Shown in pieces: positions 1-13,029 of a stretch of DNA of 64,000 nucleotides (positions are counted from its first letter, which is position 1; every line of letters starts with the position of its first letter). The notes below the pieces were generated by a model. It had not been told where the DNA came from. It worked only from the letters and a program-made list of their open reading frames with translations, and made no database searches. The stretch lies in NCBI RefSeq assembly GCF_032062105.1, contig NW_026927029.1:124001-188000 (forward strand), in the 5' to 3' direction. The DNA comes from Saccostrea cucullata (taxonomy: Eukaryota). The translations under genes and the position numbers were made by a program.

Positions 1-47
1 AGGGAATATGGCACCAAAAAGGAGTTGGGGAGCGTTTGGGGAACATC

Positions 48-77
48 TGTAACGGTTCCCGTTACAATTAGCACTAG
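48..77 (+). mobile_element. Helitron-type 3' terminus (hairpin + CTAG)
   Basis: TGTAACGG-ttc-CCGTTACA hairpin (48-66) followed 7 nt later by CTAG|T (74-78), the canonical Helitron 3' end; the rest of the element would lie left of the window. Confidence 0.5.
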
Positions 78-818
78 TTTTATAATGTATTTTATTATGT
101 AAATATAAAAATGAAAAAAAAGTGTACATTATGCATTTGTTTTATTTTTTACTTGCATTCTACAAATTGTAAAATAAAATTGAAAATTACATCAATTTTT
201 TTTTTTATTTATTCATTTATATTTTTTGGGGGGGGGGGGGGTAGGGGTCGTTTACCTGACGTGTATATAACATGTCAGGGCACACTTCTGAGTAAATTTT
301 AAATTTCTACGATATTTGCACGATGACACAAGAATGAATACAAGTTATCGCCAAAAATTTATATGGAATAATCTTTATCCATTATTATTTCTAAAAAAAA
401 TCCTTAGACAGCTGGATATTAGTCAAATACAAAATTACTATAAATGACGATAATTAAACAATTCAGAATTTTTTTTTATTGAGAGCAGTGTCCATGAGAA
501 AGGATAAGGATTACTCTTTTTTCATTGAAACTCCTTAATTTGAAAAAAAAATCTGCCTGAATTCATTTCATTGTGATCTTTTAAGACTATTCTTTTTGAG
601 ATATGCTGCACGATTTTTGCCGAATTTTTATAATTATAATTTACTGTTCTGATTGGCAACTCTGAAGTCCTCAGATAATTGAAATTCTTTCTGTTATCAG
701 AAATAAATCATTGTAAAAATGAATATAAAATTGATTGAAAAATAGAATATTTCTTTTTTACTTTGTTCCTAATCTGCATATGTATACATACAATTTCAAA
801 ATCGGTACAATTTTTTAG

Positions 819-996
819 GTATATTTAAAAGTAAAAATCCAAAACTATCACAAAAACACATATACTGCAAGCGCTTTCGCCATGTTTGGCTATTCAGGCA
901 GTTGAGTTCATATAACTACCTGAAGAGCCGAACATGGCGAAAGCGCTAGCAGTAAATGTATTTTTGTGATATTTTTTAGATTTTTGCTTGTATATA
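819..996. repeat. Long imperfect palindrome (fold-back/MITE-like)
   Basis: ~85 bp arms: ...TATCACAAAAACACATATACTGCAAGCGCTTTCGCCATGTTTGGCTATTCAGG... is the reverse complement (few mismatches) of ...CCTGAAGAGCCGAACATGGCGAAAGCGCTAGCAGTAAATGTATTTTTGTGATA...; centre ~905-910. Confidence 0.75.
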
Positions 997-1632
997 TACA
1001 TATACAGGTGAATGTAAGTGTGTAAAATGGGGTAAAGGAACAGTGATCTATCTTTCAAAAATCAGTTTATTTAAAATCTGTAAACAGGACACAAACACAA
1101 ACCCCTAGAAATTAAAGAGGTGTAAACAGGTGCCTAGGAGAGATAGGCTTGATTATGTTGAAATGTTATGCCCACCATGAGTCATATATATTTATCAAGT
1201 AGATGGAACATTCCTTAGTCAAATCTAGTACAATAATAAAGGTCTAACAATTAATATGTAGCAAGTCAGTTAAGGACAGATGATACAAACAAATTTTTTC
1301 TTTGAAAAAGATTAAATATCATGTCACAAGTTTAGAAAAGTGGATGGTTCTTAGATTTTGTTCTCCTAAGAAATGGAATATGAAAAACACTTGGAAAATA
1401 TTACTAATATTTCAATGAAAAAACAAATATAGACAAATCACATTCAGTAAAGGTTTACAGGTGAAAACAAATTTCATAATATGTTATCTTGGTGCTAAAA
1501 GTGTAATATAAACTGAAGAAAAATATACCAAGCCAGGTGAATTTTATTAGGAAAAGCTAAACTGTAAAAATCAGCCTATGTGATATTGCTAATTTTTTGT
1601 CATTTTGTTCCTCCTCTTCAAATTCAAAAATC

Positions 1633-2290
1633 AAAAATCGATACACAGAATTATGTATCTTAGTGTAGTCTACTTGTGTGCCAAGTTATATTGAAATCAG
1701 ACCAAAACTGTAGGAGGTGTAGCATTTTGAACGTATTTCACAGAAATTTCTATTTTTAGTAACCACGGCAACACCGTTCATCGAAATCAAAAATCGATAT
1801 ACAAAATTATGTATCTTAGTGTAGTCTACTTGCGTGCCAAGTTATATTGAAATCAGACCAAAACTGTAGGAGGAGTAGCATTTTGAAAGTATTTCACAGA
1901 AATTTCTATTTTTAGTAACCACGGCAACACCGTTCATCGAAATCAAAAATCGATATACAGAATTATGTATCTTAGTGTAGTCTACTTGTGTGCCAAGTTA
2001 TATTGAAATCAGACCAAAACTGTAGGAGGAGTAGCATTTTGAAAGTATTTCACAGAAATTTCTATTTTTAGTAACCACGGCAACACCGTTCATCAAAATC
2101 AAAAATCGATACACAGAATTATGTATCTTAGTGTAGTCTACTTGTGTGCCAAGTTATACTGAAATCAGACCAAAACTGTATGAGGAGTAGCATTTTGAAA
2201 AATTGTTTACAGACAGACAGACAGACGGACGGACGCCGGACGCATTACTATCGCATAAGCTCTTCTGGTCTCTGACCAGTAGAGCTAAAA
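1633..2290 (+). mobile_element. Satellite-bearing non-autonomous Helentron/HINE-like element, 156-bp monomers
   Basis: Monomer starts at 1633, 1789, 1945 and 2101 (period 156), followed by an (ACAG)n/(ACGG)n microsatellite at ~2209-2235 and terminal hairpin GCTCTTCTGGTC-tct-GACCAGTAGAGC + A tract. Same family as 58275-59678. Confidence 0.8.
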
Positions 2291-2291
2291 A

Positions 2292-3183
2292 ATGACAACA
2301 GTTACCAAACATCATGTTGACGAAATTAGGACACTCCATGCTCCTCCAGGCTTGTGAAAGACACTTGTGAAGCAATCATTTTATTACTTGGGTCCTCTTC
2401 TACAGATGCTGATGTAAGTAAAAAATATCTTTCATTGGTACATTGATTAAATACGATTTGCGTTGGTCCTTAAGTAAAAAGGGAATATAAAACGTTCCTT
2501 TGTGACTAAAATTCTCTTTCAAAACAGATGAGGCATTTTTAAAATATCACATTTTAATACATGTTCACTGGTGTTGAAACATACTCTTTTTAGTACATTT
2601 CTTTCAGAGCTGGAAATTAGTATATTAATATATTATATTGATATAATATACATTATTATATTAATATATTAGTATATTAATATTAATATAGTTCGAAAAG
2701 TTTTGCAAAAACCAACAGCTGCCCCAGATTCCTTTTTAACTCAGTTGAAAAACTTTCACCCTGACAAATGCAACCCGGCATCAATAAGCAAAGCGAAGGC
2801 TTTGCTTGGAGATGTTACAATGGAACAGGCAAAAAACGTCAGTTTGGCGACCTATCATCTAGTTGCCTGGGTATGTTAAAATTAAATACACTTAAATCAA
2901 GCGTGGAGAAAATAATCCTGCGAGATATTTAACAGCAAACAATCACTCGATCAATTTCGGGTAATGAAGACGTATTTTATCATAAATCAAAAAAGGCACA
3001 TATCTTGTTCTCAATTTAAAGGAATATTTATCATGAGCTAAACTTAAATTAGGGAATAATCACATTATTTTTTTTTACAGTGGGAACAATAGACTTATGC
3101 AAATATTTATATATTATTTTTGTCCTTTTTAGGCAATAAAATCGATAACAGACTGTGAGTTAGCAGGAAAAGGCCCTTCTTGA
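2292..3183 (+). pseudogene. Stand-alone dynein MTBD-like gene, copy 1 (disrupted)
   Basis: Exons 2292-2413, 2608-2870 and 3133-3183 are homologous to copies 2-5, with the same phase-0 GT-AG introns. Exon 1 is 122 nt rather than 123 (CCTCCAGG-CTTGTG frameshift giving TGA). Exon 2 has a 71-nt AT-rich insertion (2620-2690) with an in-frame TAA. Corrected product: MTTVTKHHVDEIRTLHAPPxLVKDTCEAIILLLGSSSTDAD/SWKLVRKVLQKPTAAPDSFLTQLKNFHPDKCNPASISKAKALLGDVTMEQAKNVSLATYHLVAW/AIKSITDCELAGKGPS. Confidence 0.8.
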
Positions 3184-3544
3184 GACTGGAACACTAGAAA
3201 AATAATCAAATACAGAGACCGACATTGACAAAGATCATCAAATATCATTATTGGCACGGGCAATTTTTATAACATTTTCTATAACTCTCGTTTATAGAGG
3301 AATGGAAATATTATATGCTTGTTCTATCCAAGTTTTAAAAGATTTTTGAACGAATCATGGAATAATGCAATATATAAGTTATGTTAAAAAAATAAATTAT
3401 CAGAATAAATGGATGGTGCTAGTGTTTGGGATTTTTCTTCATATAAGAAAATCAGAACAGAAAGATATATAAAACCATTATAAATCTAATTAAAACAATT
3501 TAACCACAAACAAAGTAAATAATAAATGCAAGAAAAACAGTCTT

Positions 3545-3740
3545 ATTGCCTCAACAAGAAGGTATATTGCTGCACGATTAAAAGGTTAAGGTCATCACGT
3601 TTATTATAAAGCTTTGAGGTTAGATTACCGATAATGTCTTTTTCAAGTAAAATATCCAAACATGAAACAGATATTTCAGACTTGGTTGTATTTATTTTTA
3701 TCTCAAGCTCACCGTAATATATATCGTATCGATGTAAGAA
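3545..3740 (-). mobile_element. Degenerate reverse-transcriptase relic, Penelope-like (probably Neptune-type)
   Basis: Translates as YGELEIKINTTKSEISVSCLDILLEKDIIGNLTSKLYNKRDDLN, matching the ELEIKDTT..YLD..KLYDKRDDF pattern of this element family. Related relics lie at ~22100-22640(+), 28700-29030(-), 33270-33500(+), 38805-39340(+), 42600-42930(-) and 46500-46790(+). Confidence 0.55.
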
Positions 3741-3742
3741 TG

Positions 3743-4133
3743 AAACAAGATGTGTTTGTGAAACACTATGCGCCCGGCGGCAACAAAGTTCGAAAAAGCA
3801 TATTTTTAGCATATAAGTCACAGTCAAGGTCACAAAGTCATTGATCTTGGTGTCATTTGAAAAAAACTTGATTAGTATAGTATGCATATCAAATATGAAG
3901 TCTCTATCTCTCATGGTTAAAAATTATGGTGAAGGTTCAAAAAAGCTAATTTTAGCAAATAAGACACAGTCAAGGTCACAGGGTCATTGACCTTGCTGTC
4001 AGGTGAAAGGGCTTAATCAGTGGAGTATACATGCCAAATATTAATTCTCTATTTTTCTTCGTTCAAAAGTTATGGCGAAGGTAAAAGTTTGCCGACAAAA
4101 AGGCTATGTTTAGCGTATAAGTCACAGTCAAAG
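3743..4133 (+). mobile_element. Truncated HINE/CvA-Pearl-like element with internal tandem repeats
   Basis: Starts AAACAAGATGTGTTTGTGAAACACTATGCGCCCGG and carries CAAGGTCACA..GTCATTGA repeats; same family as the complete copy at 37938-38683. Confidence 0.7.
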
Positions 4134-6284
4134 TATTTATGTGTACAATCATAATGTTTTTAACAAAATAGATTTGCAAATACCAATGATGAGAAAAGTA
4201 AATTTGTGAGTTCCAGTATCATTGAAAAAAAGTAGCTGTTAATGATGTCCTAAAGCCTGAACTTTAATTTATCATTAGGAATATTTGTATATAAAGTTGA
4301 CAAGTCGTAACTTTTATATTAAGTTATGTCACTCGTCAGCTTTTTAGAAAAGTTCACGCAGAACCTCTCACTCCAAAACTATTCATTATAATTCAATTTT
4401 TATAACATATTATAATTTAACAACGTAAGTTATTCAACTTTCAATGAAAAAACTGCTCAAAAATCCACAAAAGAAGCAAGATTTATGAGGAACTATTTCT
4501 TTTGGTGGAAGGATATTTAGCAGGAAATTCTCCAAAACTGCATATTTAATATCTAGGAACTTTAGACTCACATACTTTTATTCGCAGAATGTTTTCCGTT
4601 ATGATACGCTACTAATATTTAATAAAGGTCTCAATTTATATATTTAGAACAAATTTGACAGTTCTCTCAACAAACTTTGCCGAGAAATAAAGTTATCTTA
4701 TAGAAGTCAAGATAAACTTTTCACCGTTTCTTGCATGAAGAGGCTTGGTAGAACATTTACAGGAACACTCGATGTATCTTTGTGTGAAAGGATTGTTATG
4801 AAGTCTTGGAATTCAATATAGATATGGTGATTCAAATTCATTTTAGTTGTTTGGAATATTGAAAATATTCAAAACTAACAGATGGTTTTGAAAAACAATT
4901 GTGTATTTTTTCTTCTGTAATTGATGGAAAGGATTATACTTTAGATAACTTGATCATTGCCCTGTTGGAAATGCGTTGATTTTGAGATGAAAAGAGTTAC
5001 ATGTGAACTAAAATAAGAGCAGATCAAACATGGATCTCCAAAACATCTGAGGTGGGATCAGATGCCATGGAGGAATGAGCATCCTCTCCTGACCGGTCTG
5101 ATTTTTTTTTCATTTATTGCCTTTTGACCTTGAATTTAGTGATATTCCAAATCCAAACTTCAATAAAACTAATTTTAGGGTTCGATCGAGTTTACATCCT
5201 CTTCAGAGATTTGTATTGTATGTTGTTTGAAACCGATCGCTTTTCATTTTTTCATCTATAACTTTTAACGCTGAAAAGTTCAAAGCTTGAATGTTCCGAT
5301 CTTAACAAAAACGAGAACACATTGTATGCAGATGATAATTTATAACCCAACCTAACGCTACATAGCTATTGCAAAAATCTTTATTAATAAATATCAGAAT
5401 CCTTAATCTATTTAAAGAAATACCAAATAAAATGGTGATCCTTACTGAACATAAAAAATAAAGATGACTATAATTTATAATATTGCAGTTTTATGAGTAA
5501 AAGGTGAAAAATACTAAAACAAACGCCCTCAATAGATTTAAATATATAAAATTATGTAAATTAATTAACCGTAATAAAAGCATGCAAAGGTGATCATGGT
5601 AACTTTTGTGATAGATAGAAGTTATGCAGCCTTTTAATATTGATTTTTGTATGCAGGATTGACAGGGCAGCTTAATAAGTTACACTTTTTTTTTTCAAAA
5701 ATTCATTTTTTATGAATAAAATTTGTAAAACTTTTATTTGCATTGGGATCTGTTCAATATATGCATTAAAAGCTCTGATTCTATGATCATGAAACATATT
5801 AAAAACAAATGTGTCACGGTATATATGTATTTACCAAATGTCAAAGTGTTAATGATTTAAATGAACAATCCATTCCAACCAATTCACTGCTTACTCGTAA
5901 GGTGTTTAAATTTACAAAGTAATCTGGAATGCCCAGTTTAATTTTTAAAATTAATCTCACCGCTATTGATCTCAGTGGTCTGTCTCGTATATTTGTTTTC
6001 GGTTTGTTTTGTTTTTAACCTAATTGTATATAATGGATTTACTAAAATAATAGGCACTCACATCCATCAAAAACAATCCAGGTCTATCATAGGTACGTCA
6101 ATTTTTCTGCATTTTAAAAAAGATTTTTTTCGTCCAGAATTTTTTCTAGGCTTTATATAGGACTAGTATTACGAAGGAAAAATTAATGTGACCACTAATT
6201 TGTTCACTTACTTAAAAATAACAAAACAAAAACAAATAAAAGCCCCAGTCTTAAAATCAATTTTCGTCTTTATTCAGCAAAATC

Positions 6285-7324
6285 ATGACAACAATTACCA
6301 AAGCCCATATTGCTGAAGTAAAGTCCCTCGCCAAACCTCCACAACTTGTGATAAATAGTCTTGAAGCTGTCTTTCTGCTACTTGGATACTCTTTTGCTGA
6401 ATCTGGGGTGAGTACAATTTATTTTTCGATATGAATGACTCTATCGGCTTAGGTACGGGTCTTATTGCGTGTTTTTTTTTTATATACTTCAATTAATTAT
6501 TCGACTTCTTTAAATTTACAAACATAAAATCAGGGGTGGGATAAAACCGTTTGTGACAAAGTGAAAAAATCCAATTATATGACCGGTCAGCAGAGGATGC
6601 TCATTCCTCCATGGCATCTGATCCCACTTCAGATGTTTTGGAGATCCATGTTTGATCTGCTCTTATTTTGTATTGTTTTATGGACTTTGATCTTGAATAC
6701 TCTCCGTTATCTCCATATGTTTCAAGTAAATGGATTAGTGATAAATGCCAGACTTGTCTTAATTTAGCTAAAATAAGAATACAGTCTAGAAATTAGGGTA
6801 AGAAATATCAACAAAAGATTGGTTAAAGGTTTTGCTGAACCATGATTAGTAATGTATGTTGAACTAATATTGATATAAATAACTGTTGAAATAAATAAAA
6901 TTAAGTATCTGCTGAAGTTATTGATACTTCAACATTTTTATTTCAGAACTTCGATTTAACGAAGAAGCTTTTAGCAAAAACCCCGGAAATCATTTTGAGT
7001 GAGTTGAATGAATTTCAAGCTGGAAAATGTGATCCAGCATCAGTAACAAGAGCCAAGATTTTACTCACAGATGTAACAGTCGAGAAGGTCAAAGAAGCCA
7101 ATTTTGCTGCATCCCACTTTGTAAATTGGGTATGTATCTTAACATATAAATTCAGAGGTGTATCAATTAAGCATTAAAATATGCATTCAGTTATTATTCC
7201 TTACATAATTTATTATCATTTACTATTTGTGTTTCTCTTTATTTCATTTTATAATTAATTCTTTAAGGCGCTAAAAGCTTTGGAGGAGTGCGAGGCCGCC
7301 GGAAAACTTCAGAACACTACTTGA
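6285..7324 (+). CDS. Stand-alone dynein heavy-chain microtubule-binding-domain (stalk head)-like protein, copy 2, 120 aa
   Basis: Spliced exons 6285-6407, 6947-7129 and 7268-7324 (GT-AG, phase 0, open frame, TGA stop): MTTITKAHIAEVKSLAKPPQLVINSLEAVFLLLGYSFAESG/NFDLTKKLLAKTPEIILSELNEFQAGKCDPASVTRAKILLTDVTVEKVKEANFAASHFVNW/ALKALEECEAAGKLQNTT. Matches the dynein MTBD pattern K..I.EVKS...PP..V...LEAV.LLLG ... L..F ... V...S.AA..LV.W. Acceptor 7 nt before the ATG; likely non-coding first exon ending 6092. Confidence 0.85.
6581..6716 (+). mobile_element. Short dispersed repeat, probable terminal segment of the Penelope-like family
   Basis: GACCGGTCAGCAGAGGATGCTCATTCCTCCATGGCATCTGATCCCAC...TTATGGACTTTGA...GTTATCTCC. 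Further copies at ~5020-5097(-), 19001-19143(+), ~19996-20090(+, partial), 21695-21838(+) and 39353-39500(-, abutting an RT relic). Confidence 0.65.
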
Positions 7325-9389
7325 TGCGTCATCAGTAAACATACAATATACTCTATTACTAAGAAGTACTCATCGATCGTTAATATTGTTTAATTGATAA
7401 ATGTATTGATTTTAAATAATGAATATTGTTTCAAGATGTGTTTAACCTTTGAAGCAAAGTGTTTGAACCTGAATTTGAAGTAAAATGATAATTAGAATTG
7501 CTAGAAGTTCAGAAGTCAATTATATTTTAGAAACCTCTGCATGTGAGAGAGATTTATCTTGATATTCAAATATTACATATGAATAATGGTATTAAAAATT
7601 CCATAACAGATTCACACATGCATGATTAATAAAAAATGTGCTCAGTACTTTTCTTTGTAATTTGTTATTTGCCATTTGAGTAGAAACTCTTTTAAAAATG
7701 CCACAATCGATTTATATAAAATGAATATGAAACCACAAAATAGGATCAAAGCCGAGAAAAGGAGAAATTAGTGCAAGTATTTTTTTGAAATCATCGATTA
7801 GTTTTATAAGTCTGGTACTTAAATTGTAAAATTTTACCAACATTACGCATAGCTATAGAACTGTAGCGGTATGGTTTTTTCATTAGTCTTTGACCATAAC
7901 GCTACAGATCCCGTAATGCAAAAAAAATGTTGCAAATTAGGGCCGAAGACTTTGTGCACTATTTGGGAGAATTTCTCCACTTCCCAACATTGATAAATCA
8001 TCTCCCTTTCCCTCCATAATTCTAGACACATTTTTAAAAATAACCTGTATCTTTTTAAGTCTGTATCTTTTATACACCTTTATACTCGTCTCTATAAGCA
8101 ACAAGAAAACATTGATGTAACCATCAACTGTCGCCCGGAAAATATATAAAGTAAACTATGGAAATGACTCTTGATCATCAAACCGCTTCGATATGAGTGA
8201 AAAGGCATGCGTCTAATTGATGGAGACGATAGTCGCGAATATTTGGAAAACTTATAGTCGGATAAATGTTAAACAAAAACGATACCATTTTAAAGCCGCT
8301 TAATCCGAAACAGGCACATATTATCTTACACAATAAAAGTTCTCCATTACATAGATAATAAATAAAAATAAATTATAGATTGATTTAATAGTTTATTACA
8401 ACAATCCTTGCTTGGAAAACATAGATCAAAAACCTTATTGACAAACAGAAGTTCCTAACAGGAAGTTAAGATCTGTTGTGAAGTCACCTTTGCAAAAAAT
8501 AAATTTATCGGTTTTATCTAATTATGAAGATAATTCAAACCCGAGTATTTTTTCCATTTAGTAGAAGCCTAAGTCATTGAATATAATCCTTAATAATTCT
8601 TATATTAATATGCATATTTAAAGAATAAAGGAAAATCAGATATTTATTTTAAAGGAAATTTAGTAACGAAGGCTAAAATATTGTCCGTGTACAGGTATAA
8701 GTACTTTGTTGTGAAAAAAATGCGCGGGTTCGTTCTTCATGAGATATACATGTAAGCGCTAAATTTAATTTTTCGAAGGTGATTTCATGCGATATCAACA
8801 TAGGATTATTTTTTGTGTGACCTAACAAAAATTATTTTTTTAACTTTTGAATTTTGATATCTTTTGAAAGAAAAAGACTTTGGGGATATAATTTGACAAA
8901 AAGTAAAACAATTTATGGACAATTATTTTTCAAGAAGAAAAAAGGAATATATTTTTTAGCGATTAGAATCGGACCAAGCGGCTTTAAACTTCAATTCCTC
9001 GAGTAAATGTTGGCTGCATAAATTACAAATTTTAGTTATACACATGCATCACCTATATTCAAAAATGTATTTAATTTTCAATTTTAGAATATAAAACACG
9101 AACTGTGCACAGTACGTTTTTATGCGAGAAGTAAAATTCGATGTTCTAAAAAAAGGGACCTGTCGTTTTTTCGATAATAAATGATAAACAACTTTATATA
9201 TTAGATATGAAAAACTTATATATTTTTACAGATCCACTTTATGGAAGTAAATATATTATGTATCTCGTAATTTATAAAGGGAAAGAACATTCTGATTAAC
9301 AATCTTTTTAATGTTTAGAAAACCTTTAATTTTGAATAACTACTCCCACCCCATCCCCATATACCAACACTTAAACTTATATGTATAGA

Positions 9390-9420
9390 GCAGCCCGGTC
9401 CTCCGGGCTGCAATAACTAG
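9390..9420 (+). mobile_element. Helitron-type 3' terminus
   Basis: GCAGCCCGG-tcct-CCGGGCTGC hairpin followed by AATAA-CTAG|T. Confidence 0.55.
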
Positions 9421-10286
9421 TTTGAATAATAGTTTTCTGCAATCCCTCAAACAAGCCAGTTTATTGCCTGTAGAGGCGACTATAAAAGGTTGAGAGAAGG
9501 ATAAAATATACAAACTGGTTTAAGAGTGTATCTGGAATAAGAGGGTGAAAGGCAGATGATTTACCAAACTAATACTAGTACTAAAATATAGAAATTGTAA
9601 CATATAGAATTGAAAAAAAAATATAAGGTCCATACATGCAAAGTATTAAAAATTTATTATTATTCTAGACAAAAGCCCTCACTAAGAAAAAAAACCCCAC
9701 ATATATTTTAAATTTAATATGATAGCATGCTTATAAAGAAATATAATATATATTCATAAGAAACATATAGCTAACGGGAACTCAAAGTCATTATTTGTTC
9801 TGCGTTTCCCTCCGGCGTTGCTCTTTATTATCTATAATATTATTATTCTAGAATTTAAGAAGGTTGTTTAAAATTTATTTTATCGAGGTCTCTTAAATAT
9901 ACACAAGTTTTGATAGCAGTGGACTACATTTAACACGAATCAGGCACCAATTTTGACCTCACTTTTAAATGTATAGAATATGATTGATGATTAAAGTGGA
10001 CAATCCGAACGATTCATTCTTACTCACAAGGTATTTTAAATTTTTGAGTAAAATGGACTGTCCAATATAAGATCATTTTTCTACACAACAGGCAAATACT
10101 TAAGTAATAAAAGCATTTGCATACTAGATCTAACAGAGGTAAGACAAATTTACATCAATAAGTAAAATATATTAAATTGGCGGGCTTCGTATTGTATGCT
10201 GAAGCAGAAAATTATGCTTCGACTTTTAAACTTGATCTTTAATTATTTTTTAAAAGATTTATTTTTCTTTTTTGTTCAGTTGTAAC

Positions 10287-11538
10287 ATGACAACATTGGC
10301 AAAAGCGGATCTAAGTGAGATAAAAGCACTCGCTTCCCCTCCACGACTTGTAATAAATACACTTGAGGCTGTTTATCTTCTTCTTGGATACTCAGCTGCA
10401 GAAGCTGGGGTGAGTACATTTAAATTCTCCAATAATTGAACCTTATCATTCGGTGATGTAGTTTATTACATACATATACCAGATTGAAATGATAGGATGT
10501 CCCGACAATTCACAATTTGACACATTCTTTACAACTGAATGAAATTTAATGAGACTTACTCGGAATCTTGATTGCAAGAGGCCATCGTTCTCCTCTTATT
10601 TTCCATGCCGATGAGACAAATGTACTGGGATTTCCGAAGCAAAATCTGGACAATTTTGTCCCTTTTAGTATTTGGCCATTGGGCACCCATCATAATCTCT
10701 AGCTCCTTGTATATGAGAGAGAATCTCTATTACATATTGCTGTTTTGCGCATTTTATTTTACGTTGTGTTCTGATAGATATTTGTTATTATATTTATAGA
10801 GAGAATATTTTTTGTCAACTAACAAGACAGGACCCCAAATAAGTTAAAATGCATGAATTTGACCAAAAAGTTAAAGTATCATGGAGATAAATTCAGCAGC
10901 TAATTTGGTTTTTAGGTGACATTAGGGATGGGAGAAACCATCTTAAAGACAAAAAGTTCTTGTTTTGTCCATGGGACTAACATATAAAATATACATTGTG
11001 TAAGGTAGAAATGTAGTAAATCTTATCAATGAAGCATTGGTTTCAGGTACGAAACTGTGATTATAAATAAGTTAAAATATTCAAAAATTAATAAGATATG
11101 TGTAGCAGTATCTAGTGGAGAAAAAATATTACAGTCAATTTTTTTTCCATTTCAGAACTACCAATTCATAAAAAGGGACTTGGGAAAGCCCGCAGACACC
11201 TTTTTAAGTCAGTTGAATGGTTTTCAAGCGGAAAAATGTGATTCAGCATCAGCAAAGAAAGCCAAAGCTTTGCTCATAGATGTTACAGTAGACAGGGCTA
11301 AAGCAGTTAGTTTGGCGGCATCCAAATTGGTGCTTTGGGTATGTTCCTGAATATATTAATAATAATATTTTTTTTTAAACAGCATTTAATAATATAAACG
11401 ATGCATTTAAAAACTTAAATGTATGTGTACAAAAATCTTGTCAAAATAAAGTCATTAATGTCTTTTAATTGTATCTTAAAGGCTTTGAAAGCGCTGGAAG
11501 AATGTGAGACCGTCGGAAAACTTCAGAACAGTTCCTGA
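10287..11538 (+). CDS. Stand-alone dynein MTBD-like protein, copy 3, 120 aa
   Basis: Exons 10287-10409, 11156-11338 and 11482-11538: MTTLAKADLSEIKALASPPRLVINTLEAVYLLLGYSAAEAG/NYQFIKRDLGKPADTFLSQLNGFQAEKCDSASAKKAKALLIDVTVDRAKAVSLAASKLVLW/ALKALEECETVGKLQNSS. The putative upstream exon ends at 10138 (CAGAG|GTAAG) and has an in-frame TAA, so the ATG at 10287 is the likely start. Confidence 0.85.
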
Positions 11539-13029
11539 AATTTCAGCAATCTTAAAATGTCCAATGATTTACAAAAAGATTATTGCTGTTATATATTGAA
11601 TGTCAAATTCATGAAAATGTTTGATATACAACCAATTGTAAAACATTACTAGTCAGGTTATAATTTCAATATGCGTCTTTAAATCAATGTTTTTCATCTT
11701 CCATTTTTTATTTTCTTGAAATTCATTACACAAAAATTAATGTGTTTCTCAAAGACACATACGTCTTATAGATATGCATTCTTGTAAATATCTGTACAAT
11801 ACGTAAGTTTTGGTATATTATGATATACATGTAATTGTATTTTTTAAAAATTATCATATATTTGTGTACATCTCAGGAAAAAATCAAAATTTATCATTTA
11901 ATATAACAAATAATGACTGTAATGGCAGTTTATGGTAAATGTTGAAACAACTTGAAATAAAAAGAAAAGTTTGCTTTAGATTATTTCCTTGTACTTTGGT
12001 GAAAGTCGTTTCATTTTCTTGATATTAAAGTTCAGACTTTGTCTTTAATATTCATATTACATAATGTATGTATATGTGTGTGATTTTTTGTTGTTATCTT
12101 ATTTCATTTGTATAATAAAAGCAAAGTATAAATGGTTATAATAGTATTTGTAAACATTTCAAGAACAATCAAAATTTAATGTAACCAGGCATAACAAGGC
12201 AATAATTGTAATTGACGGTTTATTGTTATTTTAAAAAAGAAATAAATAAAAAGTTTGCATTAAATCATTTGGAGGTTTATTGTTATTTAAAATCATTTCA
12301 GCTTCTTGTTTATTAAAGTCTATATTTAAACAACCAATAGATTGGTAGAATATATCACCTGACCTGAATCTGTCGTAATGAATTTGAAGAACATGTAGTT
12401 GTTACATAGTCTGTGGCTAATCAACAGAAAATTTCAACCTGACAATCTGAAAAAAATATGCCATTCTCGTGCAAAAAAATAGATAAAAGGATAAGTAGTA
12501 TTTGATATGTATTATTATTATAATCATACATATTTTTATCTAAAGATATAAATTATACCAAAATTAACAGAATGGCAGTGGCTTAAGGCACAGTAAACAA
12601 AAACATATTAGTCTCTAAACAAAAAAGGAATTTAATGCAAATGGGGCACCGTAAATATTGAATTTAAAGTTATATATAAAGACTAAATAGGGATTATCTA
12701 AAGTGATGCCTTTCTTTTTCTGTTTTTGCGATCTTTCATGATTTAAAATGTAATCGGTTATATAATTTTCAAAGAGAGTGGAAAAACACTTGTTATGAAA
12801 TGAATACTTTCAACACTCAGTCTATCAGTCATCAGAGGTAAGTCCTTTTATGATCAACTTTGTTGATACGTCTCCGATGGCATTTCTACGGAATCCTATT
12901 GGTGTATAAAATTCCAAATATTCGAAAGAGCAAAATTTAAATCGAACACTTATTTTTTGTCTTCCTATTGTTTTCTACTTGATGTGTTATTATTAGTTTA
13001 GTCGTTTAGACAACATCAACATATGTTTC

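Noticed and set aside
2620-2691. AT-rich insertion in copy 1 as a novel GT-AG mini-intron rescuing the gene
   Set aside because: Splicing 2620-2691 would also remove one coding base (frameshift), and exon 1 already has a premature stop.
3543-3914. 123-aa ORF as a gene
   Set aside because: Chance read-through joining a HINE-like repeat to a degenerate RT relic.
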